DNA of 64,000 bases, taken from Acidobacteriota bacterium. Lineage in GTDB: Bacteria; Acidobacteriota; UBA6911; RPQK01; JADFOI01. The stretch spans positions 640,001 to 704,000 of the forward strand of contig OY760074.1 of the NCBI GenBank assembly GCA_963663035.1, read 5' to 3'. The notes beneath the pieces are model-generated. The model saw nothing but the letters and a program-made list of their open reading frames with translations. It searched no databases and was not told where the DNA came from. A program made the position numbers and the translations under genes. Shown here piece after piece: positions 29,211-39,081 of this stretch (its first letter is position 1; each line of letters opens with the position of its first letter).

Positions 29211-29732
29211 TCAGTCGTGCTGCCGGGTTAAAACGATCGCTCCTATAACAGCCACTAATATGAGGATGGAAGTGACTTCAAAGGGCAGCAGATACTCCCG
29301 AAAGAGAGAGCGAGCGAGAGTCACGGTCTCTCCACCGGGCCCGGAGGACCCTTCGGTCTGTGCCATCAAAATGCCTGGAAAACCCTGAGCCACGGACCAC
29401 TGACCTGCTGCCTGCAAAAGCAGGAAGGTGAAGACCAAAGCAGAGGCTAGTGCAAAAAGAGGAATTTTCCTCAGGCGGTCTGGAGGGAAGACTTCCGACT
29501 CAGGATCCGTGAGCATGATGACAAAGAGAAAGAGGACCATGATGGCGCCGGCGTAGACGATCACCTGGATAGCGGCAATAAATTCTGCCCCGAGTTGGAA
29601 AAACAGCCCGGCCATGGCGCCGAAACAAACGATCAGCGCCAGCGCACTGTAGGCAGCCGGGCGCATCGCAACCACCAGAACAGCGGTTGTCACAGCGACT
29701 GCTGCCAGCCCGTAAAAAGCCAAATATGCCAC
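29211..29732 (-). CDS. nuoJ: NADH-quinone oxidoreductase subunit J
   Basis: AEFIAAIQVIVYAGAIMVLFLFVIM and YLLPFEVTSILILVAVIGA. Confidence 0.95.
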   Translation of the reverse strand: MAYLAFYGLAAVAVTTAVLVVAMRPAAYSALALIVCFGAMAGLFFQLGAEFIAAIQVIVYAGAIMVLFLFVIMLTDPESEVFPPDRLRKIPLFALASALVFTFLLLQAAGQWSVAQGFPGILMAQTEGSSGPGGETVTLARSLFREYLLPFEVTSILILVAVIGAIVLTRQHD

Positions 29733-30166
29733 TGCAAAGCCCCCGTCTATGACAGCTTTGACGCTGTGCGAAGAGAGTGGGATCTTATTGAACGCTTCTC
29801 GACGATGTCAAGCGAAGGAGGGATTACCCATTTTTGGTGATGGTCGTCACTGACATTGCCATTGCAATTCCTTTAAAATTTTTAACTTGATAAATGGAGG
29901 AGTCGTCTCAATCTTCCTATTTTGAGCGAGGGTCATAACGATTTTCCATCAACTGAGCAGGTTCTGGGCTCCCGAAAGACTGTGGCTGCAGTGGTTTACT
30001 GGGCTGCTAGTCGGGCCGGGCTTTGTCATATGGCTGTGATAACAAAATGGCCGGTAGATTGTACATTTGAGGGGTTTCTGCAGGTGAAATACATTTTAAA
30101 GACAGCAGGATGTTTCCCTTTGGAAGTTGGCCAGAGGCCGGTGGAATTTTGACCACAGGAGGCGTC

Positions 30167-33100
30167 ATGACTAAGAATTTCGTGTGCTGGAAGACGGCGG
30201 GCTGGGCTCTATCCCTACTGTTGCTTTCATTCGGGGTGCCTCAGCTCTGGGCACAGACAGACACCGGCACCATAATGGGAGTGGTCACAGATACCAGCGG
30301 GGGTCTGCTTCCCGGAGTCAGACTGGTGGTTCGTAATGAAGCTACCAACAATGCCCGAACCGCTATCACCAACGACTCTGGGATCTACCGCGTCCCGGCT
30401 TTGCAGCCCGGTATTTATGAGATTGAAGCCAAGTTGGCAGGGTTCAAGACCCTGGTGAACTCCGGAGTGGTGCTGACCATCGGGGAGATTCACAGTGTCG
30501 CCCTTATATTGTCGCTGGGCGCAGTCAATGAGGTCGTGGTGGTGAGTGGCCGGGCAACCCGGTTAGAAATTGAGGACTCACAGCTCTCTTCGCTGGTGGA
30601 CCACAGGCGCATTCAGGAGCTGCCCCTGAACGGACGAGACGTTTACTTCCTGGCTACATTGCAGCCCGGTGTGATTCCCGCCATGTCCTCCGTTGCCAGC
30701 GCAGAGCAACCGAGCGCCTTTTTCGCTTCGGGAAGCCGATTTCGGGGAAATAATTTCACTCTGGATGGGCAGACCAATAACAACGAAAGCGCGAGCGGAC
30801 TTCCTGCGGTCACACCGACGGTGGAGACGGTCCAGGAATTCCGAGTCATTCGCAATAATTTCTCAGCGGAATTTGGAACTCATTCTGGTTCCGTGGTCAA
30901 TGCGGTGACCAAGTCGGGTAGCAACCAGTTCCACGGCAGTGTGTGGGAATTCCACCGAAACGACGCTCTGGATGCGAGGGAAGTCTTTGATCCTTTCAAC
31001 AATACGACCGGAGAGGATGATAAAGCGCCACTGATTCAAAATCAGTTTGGATTCACCTTCGGTGGACCCATGGTCCAGGATCGTCTTTTCTTTTTTGGCT
31101 CTTACCAAGGCTTCAGGAGAAGAGGTGGTGAGTCCAAATCCATTGTTGTCGAGACTCCTGAGTTTCGCCAGTGGGTGATCGCCAATAACCCCTCCAGCGT
31201 TGCCGCTCAATTGTTTCAAAACTTTCCAGCGCCTGATCCCACAAGTGGTATCCAGACCACGGCCGACCTGGATCCTGCAGCGGTGTCCGCTATGAATCCA
31301 GTGTCTCCTCCGGCCGCCTTACCCGTGCTGGGAACGGTCAACACCTTTGCCAGCTCGGCTGACGACAATGATCAGTTCAGCCTTCGCCTGGACAGTGTGT
31401 TCAATGACGGCAAGGATCTCCTCTTCGGACGTTACTTTGCCACCGATCTGCGCAGGCCAGATGCCACTATCCGAAACGCCTTCGGAGACAGCGAGGAGGG
31501 ACTGACTCAAAGTGCCAATATTACCCTGGTCCATGAATTTTCACCCACGCAGGTCAATGAATCTCGCTTTGGCTATCTCTACCTCAGGTCGGGCTTTGTT
31601 CCCGGCAGCAACCCGGAGGTGCCCACCATCCTGATTGTTGGACCGGCAGGAGTCGAGGGAGCGTCAGGCAGTCAGGGCTTTCCCGGTGCATTTGGATCTC
31701 TCTTCGCTGTCCCTCAGTTTTTCAAGCGCCATACTTTCCAATGGCAGGACATTGTCTCGGTCAGTAGAGGGAACCACTGGATTCGCGCCGGCCTGGATGT
31801 GAGGAGACTCCATGAAAACGGCAATTTTGGCGACAGGTCGCGTCCCTTTTTCATCTATATGGGACTGTTTGACTTTGCCAACGATGCTCCTTTCCAGCTT
31901 GAAGCCGGGGTGGACCCGCTGACAGGAGCCCTGGCCGATACGCCACGTTCCTGGAGAAGCACGGAGGTGGGCTGGTTTGTCCAGGACGACTGGAAGGTTC
32001 ATCCTGGCTTGACACTCAACCTGGGAATTCGCTGGGATTACTTCCAGCCCATCACTGAAGACCAGGGAAGGTTGGCCAACATCATTTTCCCCGATACTGG
32101 AGAATACTTCGAGCGATTGGCCAACGCTTCGGTGGGGGTTGTGGATGAGCTCTACCAGAGTGATTTGAACAACTTCGCTCCTCGGGTCGGATTCGCCTGG
32201 GACTTTCTGGGGGACGGCAAGACCGTTTTGCGGGGCGGCTACGGGGTGGCCTACGAGAAGCTCTTCTTCAATGTGGTTGCCAATGCTCGCTTCAACCCGC
32301 CTTTCTATGCCCGTGCAGTCCTTTCTGGGAACCAAGCCCAGCCCTTCCTGGGAAGCGATCCCAATGATGTCTTTGGGGGATTCATCGGCACCGTCATTCC
32401 CGGGGCTGATCTGGGTCTGGATGCCCGAGGTGGTATTCAGGGTGCAAGAGTAAAACTGCGCGTCCTGGATCCCAACCTCAGAGATTCTTACGTGCAAAAC
32501 CTTTTCCTGGGTGTTCAACGGCAGCTTCCCTGGGATTCAGTTATTGAGATCAATTATCAGGGAACACTGGGACGCAAGCTCCCCTTTTTTGGGGACCCCA
32601 ACCGATTCGCCGGAGATCTTCTGGGAGATGCCGATCCACTGGGACGCTTTGCCGGAGATACCAGCGAAAACAGGCTCAATTCTTCATTTGACACCTTCAA
32701 CCTGAGACAGAATCGCATTACCTCCAACTACCACGGTTTTAATGCTCAACTCAACAAACGTTTCAGCCAGGGATTGGCCTTTCAGATTGCTTACACCGTG
32801 GGAAAGTCTCTGGATTTCGGTTCTGACTTCTTTGGAGCAGGCGAGAACTCGGGAGGCTTACTCGGGCAGGCTTTCCGAACCTATTTTAATGATCCCTTAA
32901 ACATCGGGCTGGATTACGGCCGATCCGCCTTCGACATTCGCCAGCGCTTAGTGGCCAACTTTCTGTTGGATATCCCCTTCATGAAGGATCGGCCGGGAAG
33001 GTTGGGACAGATCCTGGGTGGATGGCAGCTGAGCGGAATCGTCCCGATCCAGAGCGGATTGCCGTTTGGTGTTGTGAACGGCGGCAAATTTGCGGCCGGG

Positions 33101-33493
33101 GGGGATTATAATGCTGATGCTCAAGAGGGGGACCGTCCCGACGCGCCTTCCTTTGGGAGCACCTTCGCGAATACCCCAAGCAGCGCCGAGTTTATGAGCG
33201 GTGTGTTCCAAACAAGTGATTTCCCGACTCCCGCCGCTGGGACCAACGGAAATCTGGGCAAAAACACCTTTACCGGACCCTCCTTCTTTACAGTGGATCT
33301 CGCGCTATTCAAGAATTTTCGACTTCCGGTGTCTGAGGAATCGAGCCTGCAGTTCAGGGCTGAATTCTTCAACCTGCTCAACCGTGTGAACCTCTTTCTT
33401 CCCTCTGTAGACCTGAATAGTTCCAGCTTCGGCAGATCGACCGATGTCTTCGACGCCCGCGAGATTCAGTTCGGGCTAAAGATCCTCTTCTAA
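30167..33493 (+). CDS. TonB-dependent receptor, Oar-like, with N-terminal carboxypeptidase-regulatory-like domain
   Basis: Signal peptide, ELPLNGR, VQEFRV, TKSGSNQFHG, QNQFG, QDDWKV...LNLGIRWD and NNFAPRVGFAWD; ends in QFGLKILF. AGGAGG SD precedes ATG 30167. Confidence 0.92.
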   Translation: MTKNFVCWKTAGWALSLLLLSFGVPQLWAQTDTGTIMGVVTDTSGGLLPGVRLVVRNEATNNARTAITNDSGIYRVPALQPGIYEIEAKLAGFKTLVNSGVVLTIGEIHSVALILSLGAVNEVVVVSGRATRLEIEDSQLSSLVDHRRIQELPLNGRDVYFLATLQPGVIPAMSSVASAEQPSAFFASGSRFRGNNFTLDGQTNNNESASGLPAVTPTVETVQEFRVIRNNFSAEFGTHSGSVVNAVTKSGSNQFHGSVWEFHRNDALDAREVFDPFNNTTGEDDKAPLIQNQFGFTFGGPMVQDRLFFFGSYQGFRRRGGESKSIVVETPEFRQWVIANNPSSVAAQLFQNFPAPDPTSGIQTTADLDPAAVSAMNPVSPPAALPVLGTVNTFASSADDNDQFSLRLDSVFNDGKDLLFGRYFATDLRRPDATIRNAFGDSEEGLTQSANITLVHEFSPTQVNESRFGYLYLRSGFVPGSNPEVPTILIVGPAGVEGASGSQGFPGAFGSLFAVPQFFKRHTFQWQDIVSVSRGNHWIRAGLDVRRLHENGNFGDRSRPFFIYMGLFDFANDAPFQLEAGVDPLTGALADTPRSWRSTEVGWFVQDDWKVHPGLTLNLGIRWDYFQPITEDQGRLANIIFPDTGEYFERLANASVGVVDELYQSDLNNFAPRVGFAWDFLGDGKTVLRGGYGVAYEKLFFNVVANARFNPPFYARAVLSGNQAQPFLGSDPNDVFGGFIGTVIPGADLGLDARGGIQGARVKLRVLDPNLRDSYVQNLFLGVQRQLPWDSVIEINYQGTLGRKLPFFGDPNRFAGDLLGDADPLGRFAGDTSENRLNSSFDTFNLRQNRITSNYHGFNAQLNKRFSQGLAFQIAYTVGKSLDFGSDFFGAGENSGGLLGQAFRTYFNDPLNIGLDYGRSAFDIRQRLVANFLLDIPFMKDRPGRLGQILGGWQLSGIVPIQSGLPFGVVNGGKFAAGGDYNADAQEGDRPDAPSFGSTFANTPSSAEFMSGVFQTSDFPTPAAGTNGNLGKNTFTGPSFFTVDLALFKNFRLPVSEESSLQFRAEFFNLLNRVNLFLPSVDLNSSSFGRSTDVFDAREIQFGLKILF

Positions 33494-33495
33494 AG

Positions 33496-33642
33496 CCCGC
33501 ACTTTTCACACCCAATCTACCGCGGCGGCCGATCTGACCGCGTCTGCGGCGTTGCTGCGACCCGCAAGCGGGTACCCCTCGCGCGCCTTGCAGCCACAGC
33601 CATCTCCACCGCCTCGCTACGATCGCGTGTGAGAAATGCGGG
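33496..33642. mobile_element. MITE family D (147 bp), related to family C
   Basis: TIR CCCGCACTTTTCACAC / GTGTGAGAAATGCGGG followed by CTAG. It shares GCGTTGC..GCGACCCGC..AAGCGGGTACCCCTCG with the reverse strand of 56816-57075. Confidence 0.7.
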
Positions 33643-33693
33643 CTAGCCCCCATTTACGTTTCAGGTTCCAGTGCTATCCTGTCTCCTATCTTC

Positions 33694-36600
33694 TCAGAAA
33701 AGAATTTTGAGAGCGATCTGGATCTGACGAGGATCGAAGGCCGAGGTGGATTGTCCAAAGAAACTGCTATCCACATCCACCTCCGGCAGGAAAAGATTGA
33801 CCCGGTTGAAGAGGTTGAAGAACTCGGCACGGAGCTGTAACTTGGGCTTCTCGTCGATGGGCAATGTAAAGTTCCTGAAGAGCGAGACATCCACTGTCCA
33901 GAAAGAGGGTCCGGTAAAGGTGTTTTTGCCCAGATTTCCGTTGTTCCCAGCGGCGGGAGTCGGGAAATCACTTGCTTGGAAGACACCGCTGGTAAACTCG
34001 GCAGTACTTGGAGTGTGGCTGAATTGGTTTCCGAAGGATGGCGTGTCGACTCGATCATTAGCCGTCCCGTCAGCATTGAAATCTCCACCCGCCAGAAAGG
34101 GGGCTCCGTTTATGACGCTCAAGGGCAGTCCTGTCTGAATGGGGAAGATGGTATTGATTTGCCAGCCTCCCAGGATTCGGGCCAACATGCCCTGGCGGGC
34201 CCGCAGGAATGGAACTTCCCAAAGGAAGTTGGCCACAAACCGGTGGCGGATGTCGAAGTTGGAGCGGCCGTAGTCCAGAGCGCTGTTGAGAGGATCCACC
34301 AAAAGGTTGCCTGAACCGCCGGAATTGGGTCCCTCACCGAACACATCCGAGTTGTAATCAAGTGATTTTCCATAGGTGTAGGCGAGCTGAAAAGCCAGGC
34401 CGTCACGGAAGCGCCTGTTCAGCTGGGTGTTCAACCCGTGGTAGTTGGAGGTGATTCGATTCTGGCGTAGATTAAAAGCGGCAAAAGATGAGTTGATCAA
34501 ATTGAGAGACCTGTCTCCTGCGTTGTTGCCAAGCGGGTCGGGGACTCCCAGCAAGTCGCCTGTAAATCGATTGGGATCCCCGATGAACAAAAGCTTTTTG
34601 CCGAAAGTCCCCTGGTAGTTGACCTCCCAAACTGTGTCCCAGGGCAGCTCGCGCTGGATGCCCAGGAAAGTGCTGTGCACATAGGAATCCCGAATTTTCG
34701 GATCCAGGACGCGCAGCTCCAGCTTTTGAAACAGCAGTCCGCCTCGCTCGTCAAAGGCCAGCTGGGGTAAGATCTCTTCCCCCAGGAAACCGCCAAAGAG
34801 ATCATTGGGATCGTTGCCCACTCGAGGCAGTCCCGAAAGATCATCCCCGAAGAAGATGTTCGAGAGCTCCAGGAGGCCAAAGAAAGGAGGATTGAAGCGA
34901 GAGTTCGTTCCCACATTGAAGAAGATCTTGTCGTAGCTGACTCCGTAGCCGCTCCGCAATGATGTCCTGTCGTCTCCAAAGACGTCCCAGGCAAATCCGA
35001 CGCGAGGAGCGAAGTTGTTGAGATCGTCTTCATAAAGCTGCTCAACCGGTCCAACGGTGGCATTGGAGATCCTCTCGAAGTAGGTCGGTGAATCACTTGG
35101 GAATCGCGTATTGGACAACTTGCCGGAGCTCTCGGTGGCAGGGCCGAAGTAATCCCAGCGAAGTCCCAGGTTTAAGCTCAAGCGAGGATGGGCCTTCCAG
35201 TCGTCCTGGACGAACCAGCCGACCTCCGTGCTTCGAAACTGGCGCGGGGTTCCCACCAAAGCTCCGGTGGTTGGATCAATCCCCGCCGAGTAGAGGAAGG
35301 GTTCATCAAGAGCAAAGTCAAACAGTCCAAAGTAAGTGATCAGGGGTCTGGTTGTGTTGGCAAAGTCACCATCTTCCACTGCTCTTCGCACCTCCAGCCC
35401 GGTTCGCAGGAAATGGCTCCCGATGTTGAAAGAGACGATATCCTGCCACTGAAGGGTGTCAGCCGTGAACAACTGGGGAAAGGAAAAGAAGCCTCCGATG
35501 TTGTCGACCGCGTCCAGACCTGCGGCCACCCCGCTAATCACCGTATGGGGGATATGAGGGTTCGTTGCCAGATTGTCGTTTCGATTGTAAAGAAAGCTGA
35601 ATCGAAATTCATTCAAGAGAGTTGGTGTGTGAGAGTGAGAGAGTGTCATGGTGAGCTGCTGCTGGACGTTTTCGCTGATGTCCGCGAACGCCGGTCTCTG
35701 CTCGAAAGGAGACTTGGCCAGGCCCTCCTGAAGGGTGTAACGTCCAAAGAGCTGTGTTTTTCCCTGGTAGAGAGTGCTATCAATCCGAATGCTGAACTGA
35801 TCGCTGTCATCCCTTTCGTTGGCAAAGGCGGCGACCCTTCCTTTGACAGGAAGGAGGTCTGGAAATGGAGAATAGAAAAAACAAAACACGCAATACAGAT
35901 CGTTTTGTTTCTGCGCGCTGGTGACGATGTCTTGAACCGTGACGATGTCAGCAGTCGGAGTCTTGGCCGGAGCGAGCTGAAAAATCTGCGCTGCAGCGCT
36001 GTCTGGGGAATGATCAATCACATATTGGCGAAACTCAGGTGTTTCCACCGTAAAGGTTCCGCTGCTCCCGAATCTGTTCCGAGAGCCCTGGTAGGATGCG
36101 AACAGAAAAACTCTGTCTTTGATCAAGGGTCCGCCCCAGCTCAGGCCGAACTGATTCTGGATCAGAGGAGCTTTGTCTTTCGCGCCGCTTGTTGTGTCAA
36201 AAGGAGCAAAGGCCCCGGCTGCATCAAGGACAGCGTTTCTGTGGAAAGCGTAAAGGGTGCCGTGAAACTCGTTGGTTCCTGCCTTGGTCACCAGGTTGAC
36301 ATGCGAGCCCGAATGGGTACGAAGCTCTGCTGAGAAGTTGTTGCGAACCAGACGAAATTCCTGGACAGCGTCTACGCTGGGCACAACCACGGGTAGTCCA
36401 CTGATGCTGTCAAAGGTATTGTGTCCACCGTCGAGCGTGAATTGATTACCTCGAAAGCGGGTGCCTGAGGAGAAGAAAGAGGAACTGTTTGGCCCGCCGG
36501 TCTGGAACACGGACATCATGGCTGGCACAACCCCTGGCTGGAGGGTGGCCAGAACATAGACGTTTCGCCCATTGAGGGGAAAATCGAGGACTCGACGGTT

Positions 36601-37062
36601 GTCCACCAGTGATGAAATCTGGGAATCCTCGGTGTCGACGACAGCCGCCTCCGCCCTTACCGTGACAGTCTCGCTGATCTCTCCAACCTCAAGCAGGAGA
36701 TCGACGCTGAGAACCTCCCCCACTGTCAGCTCGACAGCGGCGGTCAGGGCTGTCCTGAATCCGACCGATTGGGCCTTGATCTCATAAGTTCCCGATTGCA
36801 AGCGCGGAATTCGGTAGATTCCGGAGCCATGGGTTACAGTCGATCGCTGAACGTTAGTGGCCTCATGACGGACTGTGACTTCAACACCCGATCTGGCAGC
36901 ACCCGATACGTCCTTTACCGTACCTGTAATGGTCCCGGTCCCCGACTGCCCTGGGACTTGTACGGTGAGGATTAGCCCTAGCACCCATGGGGACATTGAT
37001 AGTGCGGATTTCCACCCAGAAAAGGGCCTCTCGAAGAGGGTTCTCATGGGGTGAGAAGTCAA
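33694..37062 (-). CDS. TonB-dependent receptor, Oar-like; paralogue of 30167-33493
   Basis: Same motif set (FPLNGR, TKAGTNEFHG, QDDWKA, NNFAPRVGFAWD, QIALKILF). Start is uncertain. Confidence 0.92.
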   Translation of the reverse strand: MTSHPMRTLFERPFSGWKSALSMSPWVLGLILTVQVPGQSGTGTITGTVKDVSGAARSGVEVTVRHEATNVQRSTVTHGSGIYRIPRLQSGTYEIKAQSVGFRTALTAAVELTVGEVLSVDLLLEVGEISETVTVRAEAAVVDTEDSQISSLVDNRRVLDFPLNGRNVYVLATLQPGVVPAMMSVFQTGGPNSSSFFSSGTRFRGNQFTLDGGHNTFDSISGLPVVVPSVDAVQEFRLVRNNFSAELRTHSGSHVNLVTKAGTNEFHGTLYAFHRNAVLDAAGAFAPFDTTSGAKDKAPLIQNQFGLSWGGPLIKDRVFLFASYQGSRNRFGSSGTFTVETPEFRQYVIDHSPDSAAAQIFQLAPAKTPTADIVTVQDIVTSAQKQNDLYCVFCFFYSPFPDLLPVKGRVAAFANERDDSDQFSIRIDSTLYQGKTQLFGRYTLQEGLAKSPFEQRPAFADISENVQQQLTMTLSHSHTPTLLNEFRFSFLYNRNDNLATNPHIPHTVISGVAAGLDAVDNIGGFFSFPQLFTADTLQWQDIVSFNIGSHFLRTGLEVRRAVEDGDFANTTRPLITYFGLFDFALDEPFLYSAGIDPTTGALVGTPRQFRSTEVGWFVQDDWKAHPRLSLNLGLRWDYFGPATESSGKLSNTRFPSDSPTYFERISNATVGPVEQLYEDDLNNFAPRVGFAWDVFGDDRTSLRSGYGVSYDKIFFNVGTNSRFNPPFFGLLELSNIFFGDDLSGLPRVGNDPNDLFGGFLGEEILPQLAFDERGGLLFQKLELRVLDPKIRDSYVHSTFLGIQRELPWDTVWEVNYQGTFGKKLLFIGDPNRFTGDLLGVPDPLGNNAGDRSLNLINSSFAAFNLRQNRITSNYHGLNTQLNRRFRDGLAFQLAYTYGKSLDYNSDVFGEGPNSGGSGNLLVDPLNSALDYGRSNFDIRHRFVANFLWEVPFLRARQGMLARILGGWQINTIFPIQTGLPLSVINGAPFLAGGDFNADGTANDRVDTPSFGNQFSHTPSTAEFTSGVFQASDFPTPAAGNNGNLGKNTFTGPSFWTVDVSLFRNFTLPIDEKPKLQLRAEFFNLFNRVNLFLPEVDVDSSFFGQSTSAFDPRQIQIALKILF

Positions 37063-37204
37063 GACGATCTGTGATCACCTCAGTGCCCGGGAGAACCGTA
37101 AGAGTAAAATCTGCTGGCCATGATACATCAACATCCACAGGTTGACCAGACTTTCTCTCTCTTTACGGATATTGCGTATATAATGACTGGTTGAGCATTT
37201 TGGA

Positions 37205-38830
37205 ATGTCCCTAAAAAACGGCTATTTTGCCTTTTACTCTCTCTTTCTGTCTCTCCCACTCTTTCTCTCTTTCTCGGCCGGGCTGGCAGCAGGACAGCAG
37301 CAGGGAGGTGAGGATGCAACTGAAGACTACTACAAGAAGTGGCTGAATGAGGACGTGACTCTAATCATTACCGAAGAGGAGAAGCCAGTCTTCCAAAGCC
37401 TCTCTACGCCGAACGAGAAGGAGCACTTCATTGAGCAGTTCTGGTATCGGCGTGATCCTGATCCCAGGACGGAGTTCAACGAGGTTAAGGAGGAGCATTA
37501 CAGGCGTATCGCCTTTGCCAATGAGCGGTTTCAAAGTGGAATAGCTGGCTGGAAGACTGACCGTGGTCGGATCTACATCATTCATGGGCCTCCGGATGAG
37601 ATCGTCTCCTACCCTTCCGGTGGCCGGTATTTGCGTCAACCTCATGAAGGGGGCGGGTCCACTTCCACCTATCCCTTTGAAGTTTGGCGTTACCACTATC
37701 TGGAAGGGATGGATTCGGAGGTGGAGTTGGAGTTCGTGGATTCCAGCTGGTCAGGTGAATACCATCTGGCTCTTGATCCGAACGAAAAGGATGCCTTAAT
37801 TCGAGTGCCCAATGCTGGATTGACCCTGGCCGAGGAGCTGGGGATGGCCAGAAAGATGGAACGTCCTTTTTTCCAGCCTGGTATGCAGGGTAGGTACCCA
37901 CAGATGTACCAGAGAGCGCAGGACAGTTCCTTTGCTCGGTATGAGAGTCTGACCCAGGCACAACGGGCACCGGATATCAAGTACAAAGACTTACAGGAAA
38001 GGGTCAGAGTGGATATCTCGTTCAATAATTTGAACTTCCATCTTCGACCAGACTATTTCAATTTGAGTGAGCAGCAGGTTTTGGTACCGATTACGGTTGA
38101 AGTGCAGAACCAGGAATTAACCTTTAGGGAAGAAAATGGATTTTACGTTGCCAAAATCGCCATTTACGGCATGGTGACAGCCATTACCAATCGTCTGATT
38201 GAAGAGTTCGAAGAGGAGTTGATTCTCAGCTACAGGGTCCAGGATGTTCAGGAAGCTCTTGCCTCCCGGTCCGTTTACCAAAGAATCGTGACTGTGGACA
38301 AGAAAATGAGGTACAGGCTGGACCTGGTGGTGAAGGATGTGAATAGTGGACATGTTGGGGTCGTCCGGACGTCCATTGCCCCTTCTTCTTATGGCTCACA
38401 GGAGCTCTTGGCCAGTTCTCTGATTCTGTCTGATATGATCATACCGCTCTCGAGGGTAACTGCCCGGGATGAGATGTTTGTTCTGGGAGATATCAAGGTG
38501 CGACCCAGCGTCAGTCATCTTTTCTCGACGGAAAACGACTTGGGGATTTACCTGCAGTTGTACAATCTAGGCATCGATCAGGCCACCCTGACACCCTGGA
38601 TGGAAACCCGCTACCGGATTCTGCGCGATGGCCAGACCGTAATCGAATTGACGGGTGAGACTGGAGAAGGAGTTCGCATCTATTCGGAGCGAAGAGCTGC
38701 CTTGGTGAAGACGCTTCCGGTGAGCGCCCTGGAGCCGGGCGACTATGAGCTGGAGGTCCAGATACAGGATCGCATCCGAGGAGAGAGTTTGAGTCTGAAC
38801 CAGAACTTTCGGCTGGTCGGTGCGCCTTGA
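37205..38830 (+). CDS. GWxTD domain-containing exported protein
   Basis: YYKKWLNEDV, FIEQFWYRRDPDP, EEHYRRIAFANE and GWKTDRGRIYIIHGPPDEI; C-terminal LEPGDYELEV. Confidence 0.9.
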   Translation: MSLKNGYFAFYSLFLSLPLFLSFSAGLAAGQQQGGEDATEDYYKKWLNEDVTLIITEEEKPVFQSLSTPNEKEHFIEQFWYRRDPDPRTEFNEVKEEHYRRIAFANERFQSGIAGWKTDRGRIYIIHGPPDEIVSYPSGGRYLRQPHEGGGSTSTYPFEVWRYHYLEGMDSEVELEFVDSSWSGEYHLALDPNEKDALIRVPNAGLTLAEELGMARKMERPFFQPGMQGRYPQMYQRAQDSSFARYESLTQAQRAPDIKYKDLQERVRVDISFNNLNFHLRPDYFNLSEQQVLVPITVEVQNQELTFREENGFYVAKIAIYGMVTAITNRLIEEFEEELILSYRVQDVQEALASRSVYQRIVTVDKKMRYRLDLVVKDVNSGHVGVVRTSIAPSSYGSQELLASSLILSDMIIPLSRVTARDEMFVLGDIKVRPSVSHLFSTENDLGIYLQLYNLGIDQATLTPWMETRYRILRDGQTVIELTGETGEGVRIYSERRAALVKTLPVSALEPGDYELEVQIQDRIRGESLSLNQNFRLVGAP

Positions 38831-38844
38831 CCCGATGATTCACT

Positions 38845-39081
38845 ATGGCGGAGAAAATTGAGATAATCGTGAATGGAAAGCAAACCAGAATTTCGACGCC
38901 TTGGAGCCTTGAGAACCTGATTCAAGATTTGGATCTTGTAGGGAACCAGGTCGCCGTGGAACTCAATGGGCAAATTATTAGCCGAGATCGATGGACTGAG
39001 CAGTCTTTGGGCTCAGGAGATCGAATTGAAATCGTCCATTTTGTCGGTGGAGGAGAGGAAGGTAGATGTCTGACAAGTTAG
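38845..39081 (+). CDS. thiS: Sulfur carrier ThiS with C-terminal extension after GGG
   Basis: IIVNG...[10 protein letters not shown]...[13 protein letters not shown]; directly upstream of thiG. Confidence 0.88.
   Translation: MAEKIEIIVNGKQTRISTPWSLENLIQDLDLVGNQVAVELNGQIISRDRWTEQSLGSGDRIEIVHFVGGGEEGRCLTS

Noticed and set aside
29733-30166. Riboswitch (e.g. cobalamin or TPP) upstream of the TonB-dependent receptor
   Set aside because: I could not recognise any conserved riboswitch core by eye; an Rfam scan would be needed. There is also no room for a TPP riboswitch before thiS (14-bp gap).
33197-33990. DGR template/variable repeat pair in the receptor genes, prompted by the Avd-like gene
   Set aside because: The mismatches (G/C, A/G, C/A) are not adenine-specific in one copy, both tracts are coding, and there is no reverse transcriptase in the window.
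35188-36333. Long antisense ORFs (35188-36333, 31664-32518, 55105-55857, 6120-6797 and others)
   Set aside because: They are shadow ORFs opposite well-supported genes and carry no recognisable motifs.
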